Below, one piece after another: positions 8,434 to 17,230 of a DNA stretch of 64,000 nucleotides (its first letter is position 1; each line of letters opens with the position of its first letter). The DNA lies in the NCBI GenBank assembly GCA_965221155.1, contig OZ244869.1:4519790-4583789 (forward strand), written 5' to 3'. The notes beneath the pieces are model-generated. The model saw nothing but the letters and a program-made list of their open reading frames with translations. It made no database searches and was not told the origin of the DNA. Origin of the DNA: an uncultured Candidatus Binatia bacterium (lineage in GTDB: Bacteria; Desulfobacterota; Binatia; UBA9968; JAJDTQ01). A program made the translations under genes and the position numbers.

Positions 8434-9564
8434 TCAATGCGCAGTACGGACCCGAACGTCGCCAACCGTCCCGTTTACAGCGGCGGAAACCCATATGTAC
8501 TGGCTCCAGAAGCTCTCGGATATCTCGATCCATGTCTTCAGAAGTTGGCAGTTTTGCCGAAACTTGTGCACGTTCGTCAACAGCCAACTGAAAACGGCCT
8601 GGCTGTCGCGGCAGCCCTCGCAGTGGCCGGATGTGCAGCAGAAGTTGACCGTCGCTAGGTCCGCGGCCCAGGTATTGAAGCCGGGCAAGACGGGGTTTCC
8701 GTTCGCGAGCCGCGCGGCATGGTCGGGATGATCGATGCTGATGCTCGGGCAGACCTGATATCCGAAGTCAGCCCAGTGCGACCGGCCTGTGATCATGGTT
8801 TCGATATAGTAGGGGTGACTCGCGACCGTATCCGGATGGAGTTGCTTCACCCTGAGCGCGGTATCGAGCAGTCTCTTGCCGTCCTTGACCCTCAGGGGAT
8901 CGTTGCCGTCGTATTTGCTGTAGAAGCTGAAGTGCAGACGATTCCCGTTGTCTCCGATTCGCTTCACCGCCTCTTCGATCTGATCGATACCGTCTCCCGT
9001 AATCGCGAAGAGAAAGAAGGCGCGTGGGTCGTGGCGGTAGTTCTTGAGAGATTCGCCGAGCAAGCCCGTAAATCGCCCTCCGCCGGGCCTTATGGCGCGC
9101 AGCTCGTCATCCAGGCGACTGCCCCCGAACAGCGCCACCAGCACGGCCACCTTCTCGAATCCTTGTGTCGGGAACTTCTTGAGACCGTTGGTCCCGACGG
9201 TGACATAGTCCATGTGCTCGACAAACGCGGCGATTCGGTTCGGGAACAAGGTGGGTTCGCCGCCGATGACAAGGGCGGCGTTGACGCCGCGGTCGCGCTC
9301 TTTCTTCAAGAAGGCATTCAGCGAAGAGAGATCCTTGACATCCCTGGTGCGCTGGTCGAAATCGTACTCGAAGAACCAACATCCCTTGCAGCGGAGATTG
9401 CACGCGTTGGTGATCTGGTATTCGGAGGTCCTGATCTCCCGAGTCAGTTCTCTCAGACGCAGCCATCTTTCGAGATAGTCGCGGTCGCCGCCCAATAGAT
9501 CGAGAATGGCGCGGTGCGAGGTCTTGAGACCAGATCCGGCTCCATCAACTCGATGAGTGCTCAT
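8434..9564 (-). CDS. Radical SAM protein with Cys-rich C-terminal region
   Basis: CxxxCxxC motif (CNLRCKGC), then GGEPTLF, and a C-terminal CCTSGHCEGC cluster. ATG at 9564 has an AGGGGA RBS; the track ORF extends to a TTG at 9588. Confidence 0.8.
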   Translation of the reverse strand: MSTHRVDGAGSGLKTSHRAILDLLGGDRDYLERWLRLRELTREIRTSEYQITNACNLRCKGCWFFEYDFDQRTRDVKDLSSLNAFLKKERDRGVNAALVIGGEPTLFPNRIAAFVEHMDYVTVGTNGLKKFPTQGFEKVAVLVALFGGSRLDDELRAIRPGGGRFTGLLGESLKNYRHDPRAFFLFAITGDGIDQIEEAVKRIGDNGNRLHFSFYSKYDGNDPLRVKDGKRLLDTALRVKQLHPDTVASHPYYIETMITGRSHWADFGYQVCPSISIDHPDHAARLANGNPVLPGFNTWAADLATVNFCCTSGHCEGCRDSQAVFSWLLTNVHKFRQNCQLLKTWIEISESFWSQYIWVSAAVNGTVGDVRVRTAH

Positions 9565-9594
9565 TGGTTCCCCTTTTGGCAAAGACAAAACAAA

Positions 9595-9782
9595 CTAGTG
9601 TCCTGCGTCGCAAATACTCATATGAAGATGCGAGGGCTTTTGGCCGTCGGTTGCGTTGCTCTTCCTCGCGTGGTGCACGCCCTGGGGCGACCGCAGGTCG
9701 CCCCAGGGCTCGTCATCGCGCCTTGCCGACAACCGAAATGCCCTCGCATCTTCATATGAGTATTTGCTAGGCAGGACACTAG
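9595..9782. mobile_element. MITE-like long-hairpin element (CTAGTGT...ACACTAG), copy 1
   Basis: Arms of about 43 nt are complementary except for a 3-nt bubble. The roughly 100-nt core is shared with 27537-27701, plus an extra inner hairpin CCTGGGGCGACC/GGTCGCCCCAGG. Confidence 0.7.
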
Positions 9783-9894
9783 CACAAGTCTTTCGTTATG
9801 GAAAAGAGGGGGGCGCGGCGTTCTTCAGCGTCCGCGGTTCGAAAGCGTCATGCGTCTCCTCGTTCGCGGTAACATGGCGCGCCGCCCAAACCGC

Positions 9895-11802
9895 TCAAGC
9901 GGGGCGGAGCCTTCGTTGGTAGACGAACTGAACGGCGACAATCGCGACAATCGCGCCGAGCCCGATGACGTCTGTCCCCAGGTCGGGCACGATGAGCAGC
10001 GGTCCCGCGCAGAACAGGGGTACGCGGAGGACCATGGACAGGGGGCCGAACAAGTAGCCGCCGGATGCGGCAGCCATCACCGCCACGCCGATGACGGCGG
10101 TGGCCAGCACTTGCAGAATCTCTTGGGCCTCGCCCATCAGGAGCAAGGCCGGATTGAGGGTGAACGCATAGGGGATGAGGAACCCGGGCACGGCCAGGAG
10201 AAAAGCCCGTGCCCCGGTGCCCCACAGGCTGGCGCCGCTGATCCCTGCCGCGGCGAAGGCCGACAACGCCACCGGCGGCGTCACCATCGAGAGGATGCTG
10301 AAGTAGAGGATGAACAAGTGCGCCGGCAAGGCCGGCACGCCGAGAGTCTGGAGAGCCGGCGCCACCAGGATGGCGGAAACCAGATAGGCCGCCGCCGTCG
10401 GCATCCCCATGCCGAGGATGATGGTGAGGACCATGGCCCCGGCGAGTGATACGGCGAGCGAGTCGCCGGCCATATCCAGAAGCCAACGCTGAAGTCGCAG
10501 GGCCATGCCTGTATGCACCAGGGTTCCCACGATGATGCCGGCGATGGCCGAAGGAATCGCCACCTCGGAGGCCGAGCGCACGCCACCCGTCACGGCTTCG
10601 AAAATCAGGCCCGGTCTCATTCGGGTCGCCTTGCGGAGCAAGCTGACCAGGATGATGAGGCCGATGGTGTAGGAACCGGTGGTCATCAAGGAATATTGAG
10701 AGATGAGCAGGTAGATCATGAAGCCGAGAGGGATCAGGAGATGCCACCGCTCGGCCAGTCCGGCCAGGTGCTCCTGGATCGGCAGATCGAGATCGGGCTT
10801 GAGCCCGTTCCGCAGGCTGTAGAAGTGGACCAACAGGAATAGCGAGGTGTAGTACAGGATCGCCGGCACAATGGCAGCGGACACCACTTCGACGTAGCGC
10901 ACGCCGACCACGTCGGCGAGAATGAACGCGGCCGCCCCCATGATGGGTGGTGCGAGCTGTCCCCCGGTCGACGCCGTCGCCTCGATGGCGCCGGCAAGCG
11001 TGCGCTTGAAGCCCGACCGGATCATCAGCGGGATGGTCATCAGGCCGCTTAGCAGCACGTTGGCAACGGCGCTGCCCGACACCGTCCCGAACAAGGCTGA
11101 GGCGATGACGGCCGCCTTGCCGGCGCCGCCCCAGGACCGGGCCGTGGCTCCATAGGCGATGTCGACGAACAGCTTGCCGGCTCCCGAACGTTCGAGAAAT
11201 GCGCCGACCAGTACGAAGTAGAACACCATGTTCGCCGACGCCGAGACCGGCGTTCCGAACATGCCCGAGGTCGACAGCACCTGAAGGTCGATAAACCGCT
11301 TGAGGGACAGTCCGCGATGGGAGATCAGGTCGGGCAGATAGGGTCCGGTGAAGACGTATGCGATGAACACCGCCCCCACCAACATGAGCGTGGTGCCGGC
11401 CGCACGCCGGCATGCTTCGAGCAGAACCGCGATGAAGACGATGCCGGCAACGTAGTCGAGAGCATGGACGGCGTCCACACCCTCCGTGCGCTCCGCCACT
11501 CTCTGGCCCTGACTCACGAAATACGCCGTGCACGCAAGCGCGGCGCCAACCAGTATCATGTCGAGAAGGGGAACGCCTTCCCCCTCGCGCCGCCTTGCAC
11601 CGGCGATTCCGTTGATCATCAGGGCGATGGCCACCGCCGAGCCCACGTGCGTGCTCAGCAGAACGACCTCGTATTCGTATCCGCCCGTGTACAACGGCAG
11701 GAACTGCACGAAGCACCATACCAGCGCGGTGCCCGCATAGACGTAGCGGACAACGCGCGCCGGTATGGTCGGTAACACGACGGGCAAGCCGAGCGAAGCC
11801 AT
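9895..11802 (-). CDS. TRAP transporter fused permease (DctQ/DctM-type, TAXI-associated)
   Basis: 635-aa polytopic membrane protein immediately downstream of a TAXI-type solute receptor. Size and architecture are typical of fused 4TM/12TM TRAP permeases. Confidence 0.8.
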   Translation of the reverse strand: MASLGLPVVLPTIPARVVRYVYAGTALVWCFVQFLPLYTGGYEYEVVLLSTHVGSAVAIALMINGIAGARRREGEGVPLLDMILVGAALACTAYFVSQGQRVAERTEGVDAVHALDYVAGIVFIAVLLEACRRAAGTTLMLVGAVFIAYVFTGPYLPDLISHRGLSLKRFIDLQVLSTSGMFGTPVSASANMVFYFVLVGAFLERSGAGKLFVDIAYGATARSWGGAGKAAVIASALFGTVSGSAVANVLLSGLMTIPLMIRSGFKRTLAGAIEATASTGGQLAPPIMGAAAFILADVVGVRYVEVVSAAIVPAILYYTSLFLLVHFYSLRNGLKPDLDLPIQEHLAGLAERWHLLIPLGFMIYLLISQYSLMTTGSYTIGLIILVSLLRKATRMRPGLIFEAVTGGVRSASEVAIPSAIAGIIVGTLVHTGMALRLQRWLLDMAGDSLAVSLAGAMVLTIILGMGMPTAAAYLVSAILVAPALQTLGVPALPAHLFILYFSILSMVTPPVALSAFAAAGISGASLWGTGARAFLLAVPGFLIPYAFTLNPALLLMGEAQEILQVLATAVIGVAVMAAASGGYLFGPLSMVLRVPLFCAGPLLIVPDLGTDVIGLGAIVAIVAVQFVYQRRLRPA

Positions 11803-11823
11803 CGCGGAACGGAGCTCGGAAGG

Positions 11824-12831
11824 CTACATCATGCCCTTCTCTTTGTAGTACTTGATCGCGCCGGGATGGAACGGGCAGTTGCCTATCAGGCCGGCCTTGG
11901 CCACGCCCTTCGGGTCGAACTTGGAAAGGCCGGCGTGGATCAGCCTCAGCTTGGCCGCGTTCTCGATGATGGTCTTGGTGGTGATGTAGGCGACATCGTC
12001 GGAAACGCCTTCGCGAATCAGGACATTGGTGGCCGCCTTGACGGTCTTGACCGGCGCGGTCTGGCCCTTGAACGTGTTGGGCGGAATGACCGCCTCCACC
12101 CAGCCGTGCTTGTCGACCATTCCCTTGATCACCTTGTCCGAGAGCGGCAGCATGTTCATGTTTGTGAGCGTCGTCAGCTCGGTGGCTACGGGATGTCCCC
12201 TGGTCACAACGTGGGCCCAACCGTCGGCCTTGCCGTCGCCGATGGCGGCAGCCGTAGCCGTGCGCGCCAGTGACTTGACACTGCCTCCCTTCTTGGCCAC
12301 GCTCGCTTTGCTGCTTCCGTAAAGCCCGAGGATTTGGCGCAAGCCCATCTCGCCGGAACCGCCGACCTTGGTCGTGGCCAGCCGTGCCTTGCCGCCGGCG
12401 ATCTCTTCCCAAGACTTGATTCCGGATTTCACCGTAACGAAGGTGCCGTAATAGTACACGTCGAGCCCGCCCATGAGCCCGCGCACCTTGTCCTGCTTCT
12501 TGTCGAACTCGCCAAACCCGCCGCAGCCTTCGGCCGCCGCCATGGGAAAGCTGAGAGCCAACTCGGTTTCGCCGCTTTGCAGCAGTTTTATGTTCCCGAA
12601 GGTGCCGGCAATCGGCAGCACGTCTACCGTCGAGCCCTTCGGAAGATTGGGCTTCATCAGGTCGGCGATGCCGGCGCCATAGTTGTACCAGGCCGAACCG
12701 ATTCCCACCGTTGCGAACCGGAGCTGCACGGCGTCCGCCGCCGCGGCGACGGACGGCACGGTCAAGGCGACGGCCATCACCGCGCACATCGTCAAACGCG
12801 ACAAACGTTTACGCCCGTTCCTGCTACTCAT
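11824..12831 (-). CDS. TAXI-family TRAP transporter solute-binding protein
   Basis: Signal peptide, then LRFATVGIGSAWYNYGAGIADL....GTFGNIKLLQSGETELA, typical of the TAXI family. ATG at 12831 has a GGGAGGGA RBS. Confidence 0.82.
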   Translation of the reverse strand: MSSRNGRKRLSRLTMCAVMAVALTVPSVAAAADAVQLRFATVGIGSAWYNYGAGIADLMKPNLPKGSTVDVLPIAGTFGNIKLLQSGETELALSFPMAAAEGCGGFGEFDKKQDKVRGLMGGLDVYYYGTFVTVKSGIKSWEEIAGGKARLATTKVGGSGEMGLRQILGLYGSSKASVAKKGGSVKSLARTATAAAIGDGKADGWAHVVTRGHPVATELTTLTNMNMLPLSDKVIKGMVDKHGWVEAVIPPNTFKGQTAPVKTVKAATNVLIREGVSDDVAYITTKTIIENAAKLRLIHAGLSKFDPKGVAKAGLIGNCPFHPGAIKYYKEKGMM

Positions 12832-12974
12832 GTCTTGGTCCCTCCCTTGGTTGATTATCTCACCGCCCCCCAGCGTGGCAGTCACGGTGATGGTGGGCAG
12901 TTTGGCGCGACATTAAACTCTCCATCGACAGATTGTCAACGGCGGCGGGAATGGCGATTGTCGTGGCCTTCCAT

Positions 12975-13274
12975 TCAAGATCGAGCACGGCCCTTTCCGT
13001 CAATCAGCGCCTGCGATTTGCGCATGACCTGTTCGTGTGGAACCGCGGGGCGCGGATCGTCCAGGGCTTCCCGTACCTTGGCGCGGAACCATGCGTCGTG
13101 GGCTTCAGGATCTGCGGTCAGGCCGGCCGGCAAGCCACCCTCTGCGGCAACACGGGTCAGGAGGATGCGTACGGCATCCGAGAGCGTCAGACCGACGCCA
13201 GCCAGCGTGTCGGCGGCTTTGGCCTTGAGTTGATCGTCCACACGGACATGGAGCATCGAAGTATGAGTTGGCAT
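12975..13274 (-). CDS. RelB/DinJ-family antitoxin (orphan)
   Basis: N-terminal ribbon-helix-helix pattern MLHVRVDDQLKAKAADTLAGVGLTLSDAVRILLTRV. No toxin-sized ORF lies on either side. Confidence 0.65.
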   Translation of the reverse strand: MPTHTSMLHVRVDDQLKAKAADTLAGVGLTLSDAVRILLTRVAAEGGLPAGLTADPEAHDAWFRAKVREALDDPRPAVPHEQVMRKSQALIDGKGRARS

Positions 13275-13380
13275 TGGGTAACCTTTCGTTTGCCAACCGT
13301 ATACATCTCATTTGAGATACGTCAAGTGGTCGGGATGAAATCCTGACAGGTGACCTCTTTTCTGTACCATAAGAGGAGAT

Positions 13381-14796
13381 TTAGCTTTGGGTTGACACGG
13401 CCCGGTAGTGCTCTTGCAGCACTCGTGCAACGCACCCCGTGAGGTTCATGGCCGTCTCGAGGTGCAGGAACTCGTTGGGGCCGTGCGCGTTGGACCTGGG
13501 ACCCAGCACCCCGGTGATCATGAACTGGGCCTTGGGGAACTTCTCGGCCAGCATGGCCATGAAGGGGATGGTGCCGCCTTCGCCGGTGGCGCAGGCGTCC
13601 TTGCCGAAGAACTCGCGGGAAGCGCGGGTCATGGAGTCTTCCAGCCACGGCTTGAACGGCGGCGCGTTCCAGCCGCCGGTGCCCTGTCCCGCGTCGAAGG
13701 TGACCTTGGCCCGGTATGGTGGGTCCTTGGTCAACGTATCCCGCAGACAGGCTACCGCGGCGTCGGGGCCGGCGGTAGGGGGAAGACGCAGAGACAGCTT
13801 CACCCGGGTCTCGGGGCGGAGGACGTTGCCGGCCTGCTCCAGGGTCGGGAGTCCGGCGGCGCCGATGATCTCGAGCTGCGGCCGCCACGTACGGTTCAGC
13901 AGCAGCTCCGCCGCATCGTCCCCCACGGGCGTGGTGCCGGGGTGAAACGGATAGTTTTCATGCAGCCCTGCGCCGAGCACCTGCGCCGCGGTCCTGGCCT
14001 GCGCCAGCCGGTCGGGCGGGATTTCCGCGTGAAGTTCGCGTGGCAGGATTTGTCCGGTGTTCTCGTCTTCCAGGCGGCTCAACAGGCGCCGGAGGATCCG
14101 GAAGCTCGAGGGGACGATGCCGCTGGCGGCGCCGGAATGAACTCCTTCGGTCAAGGTCGATACCGAAAGCGTGGCGTTGATCACTCCCCGGAGTGAGGTG
14201 GTGACCCACATCCGTTCGTAGTCGCCGCATCCCGAATCCAGGCACACCACGAGATCCGGCGTGCCGATCCGGTCTGCCAGCGCGCTGACGTAGTGAGGCA
14301 GATCGAAGCTGCCGCTTTCCTCGCAGGCCTCGATAAGGATCACGCAACGCGCGCAGGGGATGGACTGGAGCTTGAGCGCTTTGACCGCGGTCAGGGCCGC
14401 GAACATTCCGTAACCGTCGTCCGCTCCGCCTCGGCCGTAAAGTTTGCCGTCCTCCAGAACCGGGGTCCAGGGTCCCAGTTCCGGGCGCCATCCCTCCATG
14501 GGAGGCTGCTTGTCGAGATGGCCGTACAGAAGGACCGTGCCCTGGCCGGACCCGGGTATCTCCATGATGAGCACGGGGGTCCGGCCTTCGGCCCGGGCCA
14601 CGTGAAGATCGAGGCCCGGTACGTTCTGAGCCTTTGCCCAGCGCGCAAAGAGATCCACGGCGCGGTCCATGTGCCCGTGCTTCCGCCACTGTGCGTCAAA
14701 GGCCGGAGACTCGTTGGGGATGGCGATATATTCTTGCAATGCCGGAACAATGCTCGCCTGCCAGGTTTCGCGTATGAATGATTGGAGTTGGTCCAT
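13381..14796 (-). CDS. M20-family metallopeptidase/dipeptidase
   Basis: Metal-ligand motifs YGHLDKQP and GRGGADDGYG, then the acid/base EACEESGS. Length about 471 aa. Confidence 0.8.
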   Translation of the reverse strand: MDQLQSFIRETWQASIVPALQEYIAIPNESPAFDAQWRKHGHMDRAVDLFARWAKAQNVPGLDLHVARAEGRTPVLIMEIPGSGQGTVLLYGHLDKQPPMEGWRPELGPWTPVLEDGKLYGRGGADDGYGMFAALTAVKALKLQSIPCARCVILIEACEESGSFDLPHYVSALADRIGTPDLVVCLDSGCGDYERMWVTTSLRGVINATLSVSTLTEGVHSGAASGIVPSSFRILRRLLSRLEDENTGQILPRELHAEIPPDRLAQARTAAQVLGAGLHENYPFHPGTTPVGDDAAELLLNRTWRPQLEIIGAAGLPTLEQAGNVLRPETRVKLSLRLPPTAGPDAAVACLRDTLTKDPPYRAKVTFDAGQGTGGWNAPPFKPWLEDSMTRASREFFGKDACATGEGGTIPFMAMLAEKFPKAQFMITGVLGPRSNAHGPNEFLHLETAMNLTGCVARVLQEHYRAVSTQS

Positions 14797-14831
14797 GTGG
14801 GCTGCGTGGGCTCCTTTTCCGTGGTGCCGTC

Positions 14832-14860
14832 GCACGGGCGGGTTTGAAACCCGCCCCTAC
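14832..14860. repeat. REP-A element, copy 2 (inverted relative to copy 1)
   Basis: GCACGGGCGGGTTTGAAACCCGCCCCTAC. Its CTA (14857-14859) is the TAG stop of thiI. Confidence 0.9.
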
Positions 14861-16059
14861 ACGTCGCCGGCTGATACAGGATGCGGCTCCTCTCCGCGCT
14901 CGGGGGAGTGGAAGCGTTCGATCTCGACGTGGTCGGCGCCAAGGCGTACCAGTTCCTCTACGTCGAGCGCCGCTTCGGCCTCATGCGCCCGCCGCAGGGT
15001 GGCCTTTACCGCCGGGTGCTTCGGGATGAAGAGCTGGCAGCAGTCCTGATCGGGCAGGACCGAGGTCTCGAAGGTGCCGATGTCCATGGCCTGGTTGATG
15101 ATTTCCTGCTTGTCCATGCCGATGAGCGGGCGTAGCACCGGGAGCCGGGAAGCCTCCTCGATGACCGCGATGTTGGGCAGCGTTTGGGACGCCACCTGGG
15201 CCAGGCTCTCGCCGGTCACCAGCGCCCGCGCGCGTTCCTTGGCGGCGATGACGGAGGCGATCCGGAGCATCATCCTGCGGTAGATCACGACCCGGAGCGG
15301 GCGGAGCACGGCGGCAACGATCCGTCGTTGAATCTCGCCGAAGGGAACCAGGTAGAGCCGTGAGTTGTACTGGTAGCGGGTGAGCATGTCCACCAGCACC
15401 TTGGCCTTTTCCTGGGACGAGCGGTCGAGGAACGGGCTGCTGTGGAAGTGGACATAGATGAGACGGCAGCCGCGCTGCATCATCCGGTAGGAAGCCACCG
15501 GCGAATCGATGCCTCCGGAGATGAGCGATACGAGCCGCCCGCTGGTGCCCACCGGCAGCCCGCCGGGTCCCGGCACGCGCCGCAGGCTCAAGAACGCGCT
15601 GGACGGAAGGATCTCCACCGACACCGTCAACTCGGGCCGGGTCAGGTCCACGCGCGCTCCCGAGTGGGCCTGGACCAGGGCGCCCAGCTCCCGGTTGATG
15701 TCGTTGGAGGTCAGCGGAAAGCGTTTGTCGACACGTCTGGTCTCGACGCGAAAGGAGTCGAAGGACTGTCCGCGGAGGGCTTCCAGGATACGCGCGCCCA
15801 GCACCCCCACGTCGTTCTCGGTGCGTTCCACCAACGAGAAATTGGCGATGCCGAAGACCCGACCGAGCCGGTCGGTCAGTTCGTCCGCCGGCACGTCGTG
15901 ATTGAAGTTCAGCAGCAGCCTGCCGGAGGCGTTGCGGATCTCCTTGAGTCCCATTCCCCGCAAGGCCGTGCTGAGGTTCCTCTTGAGATGGTCGACGAAA
16001 TAGGCCCGGTTGCCGCGTTTGAGGGCGATCTCGTGGTATCGAACCAGGGCCGAGTGCAT
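14857..16059 (-). CDS. thiI: tRNA 4-thiouridine(8) synthase ThiI (no rhodanese domain)
   Basis: N-terminal ferredoxin-like/THUMP-like region, PP-loop SGGIDSPVA, about 400 aa. ATG at 16059. Confidence 0.85.
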   Translation of the reverse strand: MHSALVRYHEIALKRGNRAYFVDHLKRNLSTALRGMGLKEIRNASGRLLLNFNHDVPADELTDRLGRVFGIANFSLVERTENDVGVLGARILEALRGQSFDSFRVETRRVDKRFPLTSNDINRELGALVQAHSGARVDLTRPELTVSVEILPSSAFLSLRRVPGPGGLPVGTSGRLVSLISGGIDSPVASYRMMQRGCRLIYVHFHSSPFLDRSSQEKAKVLVDMLTRYQYNSRLYLVPFGEIQRRIVAAVLRPLRVVIYRRMMLRIASVIAAKERARALVTGESLAQVASQTLPNIAVIEEASRLPVLRPLIGMDKQEIINQAMDIGTFETSVLPDQDCCQLFIPKHPAVKATLRRAHEAEAALDVEELVRLGADHVEIERFHSPERGEEPHPVSAGDV

Positions 16060-16141
16060 TGTGAAGCAATAGCAGATCCATGGAACTTTTGCATGGAAGG
16101 CCGCCTGTGATACCATGAGCGCTTCGCCCCGGAGGGTTTAT

Positions 16142-16468
16142 ATGGAAACGTTCAAAAGGGTTTCGGAAGTCGCGCAATTTTCCCCGGAGAAGATGAAGAA
16201 GAACGGTGTCTTCGAGACCGAGCGCCTGTTCTGCGACGTGTACTGCTTCGAGGCCGGACAGGCCCAGAGCGTGCATACTCACGAGGGCTCGGACAAGGTC
16301 TACTTCGTGCTGGAGGGCAGGGGGCTGTTTCACGTCGGCGGGGAGCAGCGGGAGCTCGGCAAGGACGAGGTGGCACTGGCGCCGTCGGGGGAGCCCCACG
16401 GCGTGGAGAATCCCGGACCGGGGCAACTGAAGCTGCTGGTGTTCATGGCACCGCTCCCGAGCCACTGA
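16142..16468 (+). CDS. Cupin-domain protein
   Basis: Cupin motifs HTHEGSDKVYFVLEG and GEPHGVEN. ATG at 16142 lies 5 nt after GGAGGG. Confidence 0.75.
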   Translation: METFKRVSEVAQFSPEKMKKNGVFETERLFCDVYCFEAGQAQSVHTHEGSDKVYFVLEGRGLFHVGGEQRELGKDEVALAPSGEPHGVENPGPGQLKLLVFMAPLPSH

Positions 16469-16606
16469 GAGGACCCAGCGAACAATGAAAGGCACGCGGA
16501 CCCTTCGTGTCCGCGTTGGTATGAAAATGGCACCGCACCTCGAATACGTCATTCCTGCGGAACAGGCTGTGTCAAACGCCAACTTCGGGGCACGAACGGC
16601 CAATCC

Positions 16607-16810
16607 GTCATTCCCGTGCTCCCTTCCGTCATTCCCGCGAAAGCGGGAATCCAGGGGTGGTGGAGGGGCGCTACAGCGGCGTTTCCCGCCCCCACCCCAC
16701 CTGGATTCCCGCTTTCGCGGGAATGACGATTTCGGGGGTCGTTGCCTCTCCCGGATTGAGTTTTGGCACACCTTGGGAAGCGGGAATCCGGGGGTGGTGA
16801 GGGGAGCGGA
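16607..16810. repeat. REP-C cluster including a roughly 100-bp composite (16628-16727) with inverted REP-C ends
   Basis: GTCATTCCCGCGAAAGCGGGAATCCAGG ... CCTGGATTCCCGCTTTCGCGGGAATGAC, flanked by partial units at 16607 and 16776-16810. Confidence 0.85.
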
Positions 16811-16813
16811 ACT

Positions 16814-17230
16814 ATGACGGCAGAAGATCCCGTGAACGATGTCAACCGGCGCTTTTACGAGGCGTTCGAGAGCCTCGATTTCAAGCGCATGGAAGGAATC
16901 TGGCTGCGCGAGGACTACATCAAGTGCGTCCACCCCGGATGGGCATTGCTGTCCGGCTGGGACGCCGTCATGGAGAGCTGGCGGCGGATCTTCGAGAATA
17001 CTCAGCAGATGCGCTTTACGCTCACCAACGTGGAGGCGCGGGTACGGGGCGACCTGGCCTGGGTCACGCTGTACGAGAACCTCAACTCCACGCTGGAAGG
17101 GCAGACCAACGCGGCCGTGGTGCTTACCACCAACATCTATGAACAACGGCCGGACGGCTGGTTCATGATCCACCACCACGGCTCGCCCGTGATGATGGCC
17201 GAGCCGGAACCCCATTCCACCGTTCAGTGA
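16814..17230 (+). CDS. SnoaL-like / NTF2-fold (DUF4440-like) protein
   Basis: 138 aa. VNRRFYEAFESLDFKRMEGIW....C.HPGW..L.GW..V is typical of NTF2-like proteins. Confidence 0.65.
   Translation: MTAEDPVNDVNRRFYEAFESLDFKRMEGIWLREDYIKCVHPGWALLSGWDAVMESWRRIFENTQQMRFTLTNVEARVRGDLAWVTLYENLNSTLEGQTNAAVVLTTNIYEQRPDGWFMIHHHGSPVMMAEPEPHSTVQ

Noticed and set aside
9564-9770. Small ORFs inside both MITE-like elements that share the peptide FGRRLRCSSSRG (also 27503-27688)
   Set aside because: The shared peptide simply reflects the conserved nucleotide core. The flanking residues differ, there is no RBS, and the sequence is a long hairpin.
4909-9800. tRNA-Gly as the integration site of a genomic island carrying the ACP/P450/radical-SAM cassette
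   Set aside because: I could find no integrase and no direct repeat of the tRNA 3' end. A housekeeping gene (rdgB) immediately follows the tRNA. A 100-nt sample in the cassette (8701-8800) counts 62 G+C, which is not clearly atypical.
9848-12787. 979-aa ORF on the minus strand spanning the TRAP permease and TAXI genes
   Set aside because: It is out of frame with two well-supported transporter genes on the same strand. Its composition is Arg/Gly/Pro/His-rich and low-complexity, typical of alternative frames in high-GC DNA.
16485-16817. ORFs of 110 aa and 74 aa (also 18044-18268) lying in the REP-C clusters
   Set aside because: They are composed almost entirely of palindromic repeat sequence and read equally well on both strands. 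They have no RBS and no motif.
14981-17215. 744-aa minus-strand ORF across thiI, the cupin gene and the REP cluster
   Set aside because: It overlaps several motif-supported genes and repeat arrays. It has no recognisable motifs and an Arg/Pro/Gly-rich composition, so it is a high-GC artefact.
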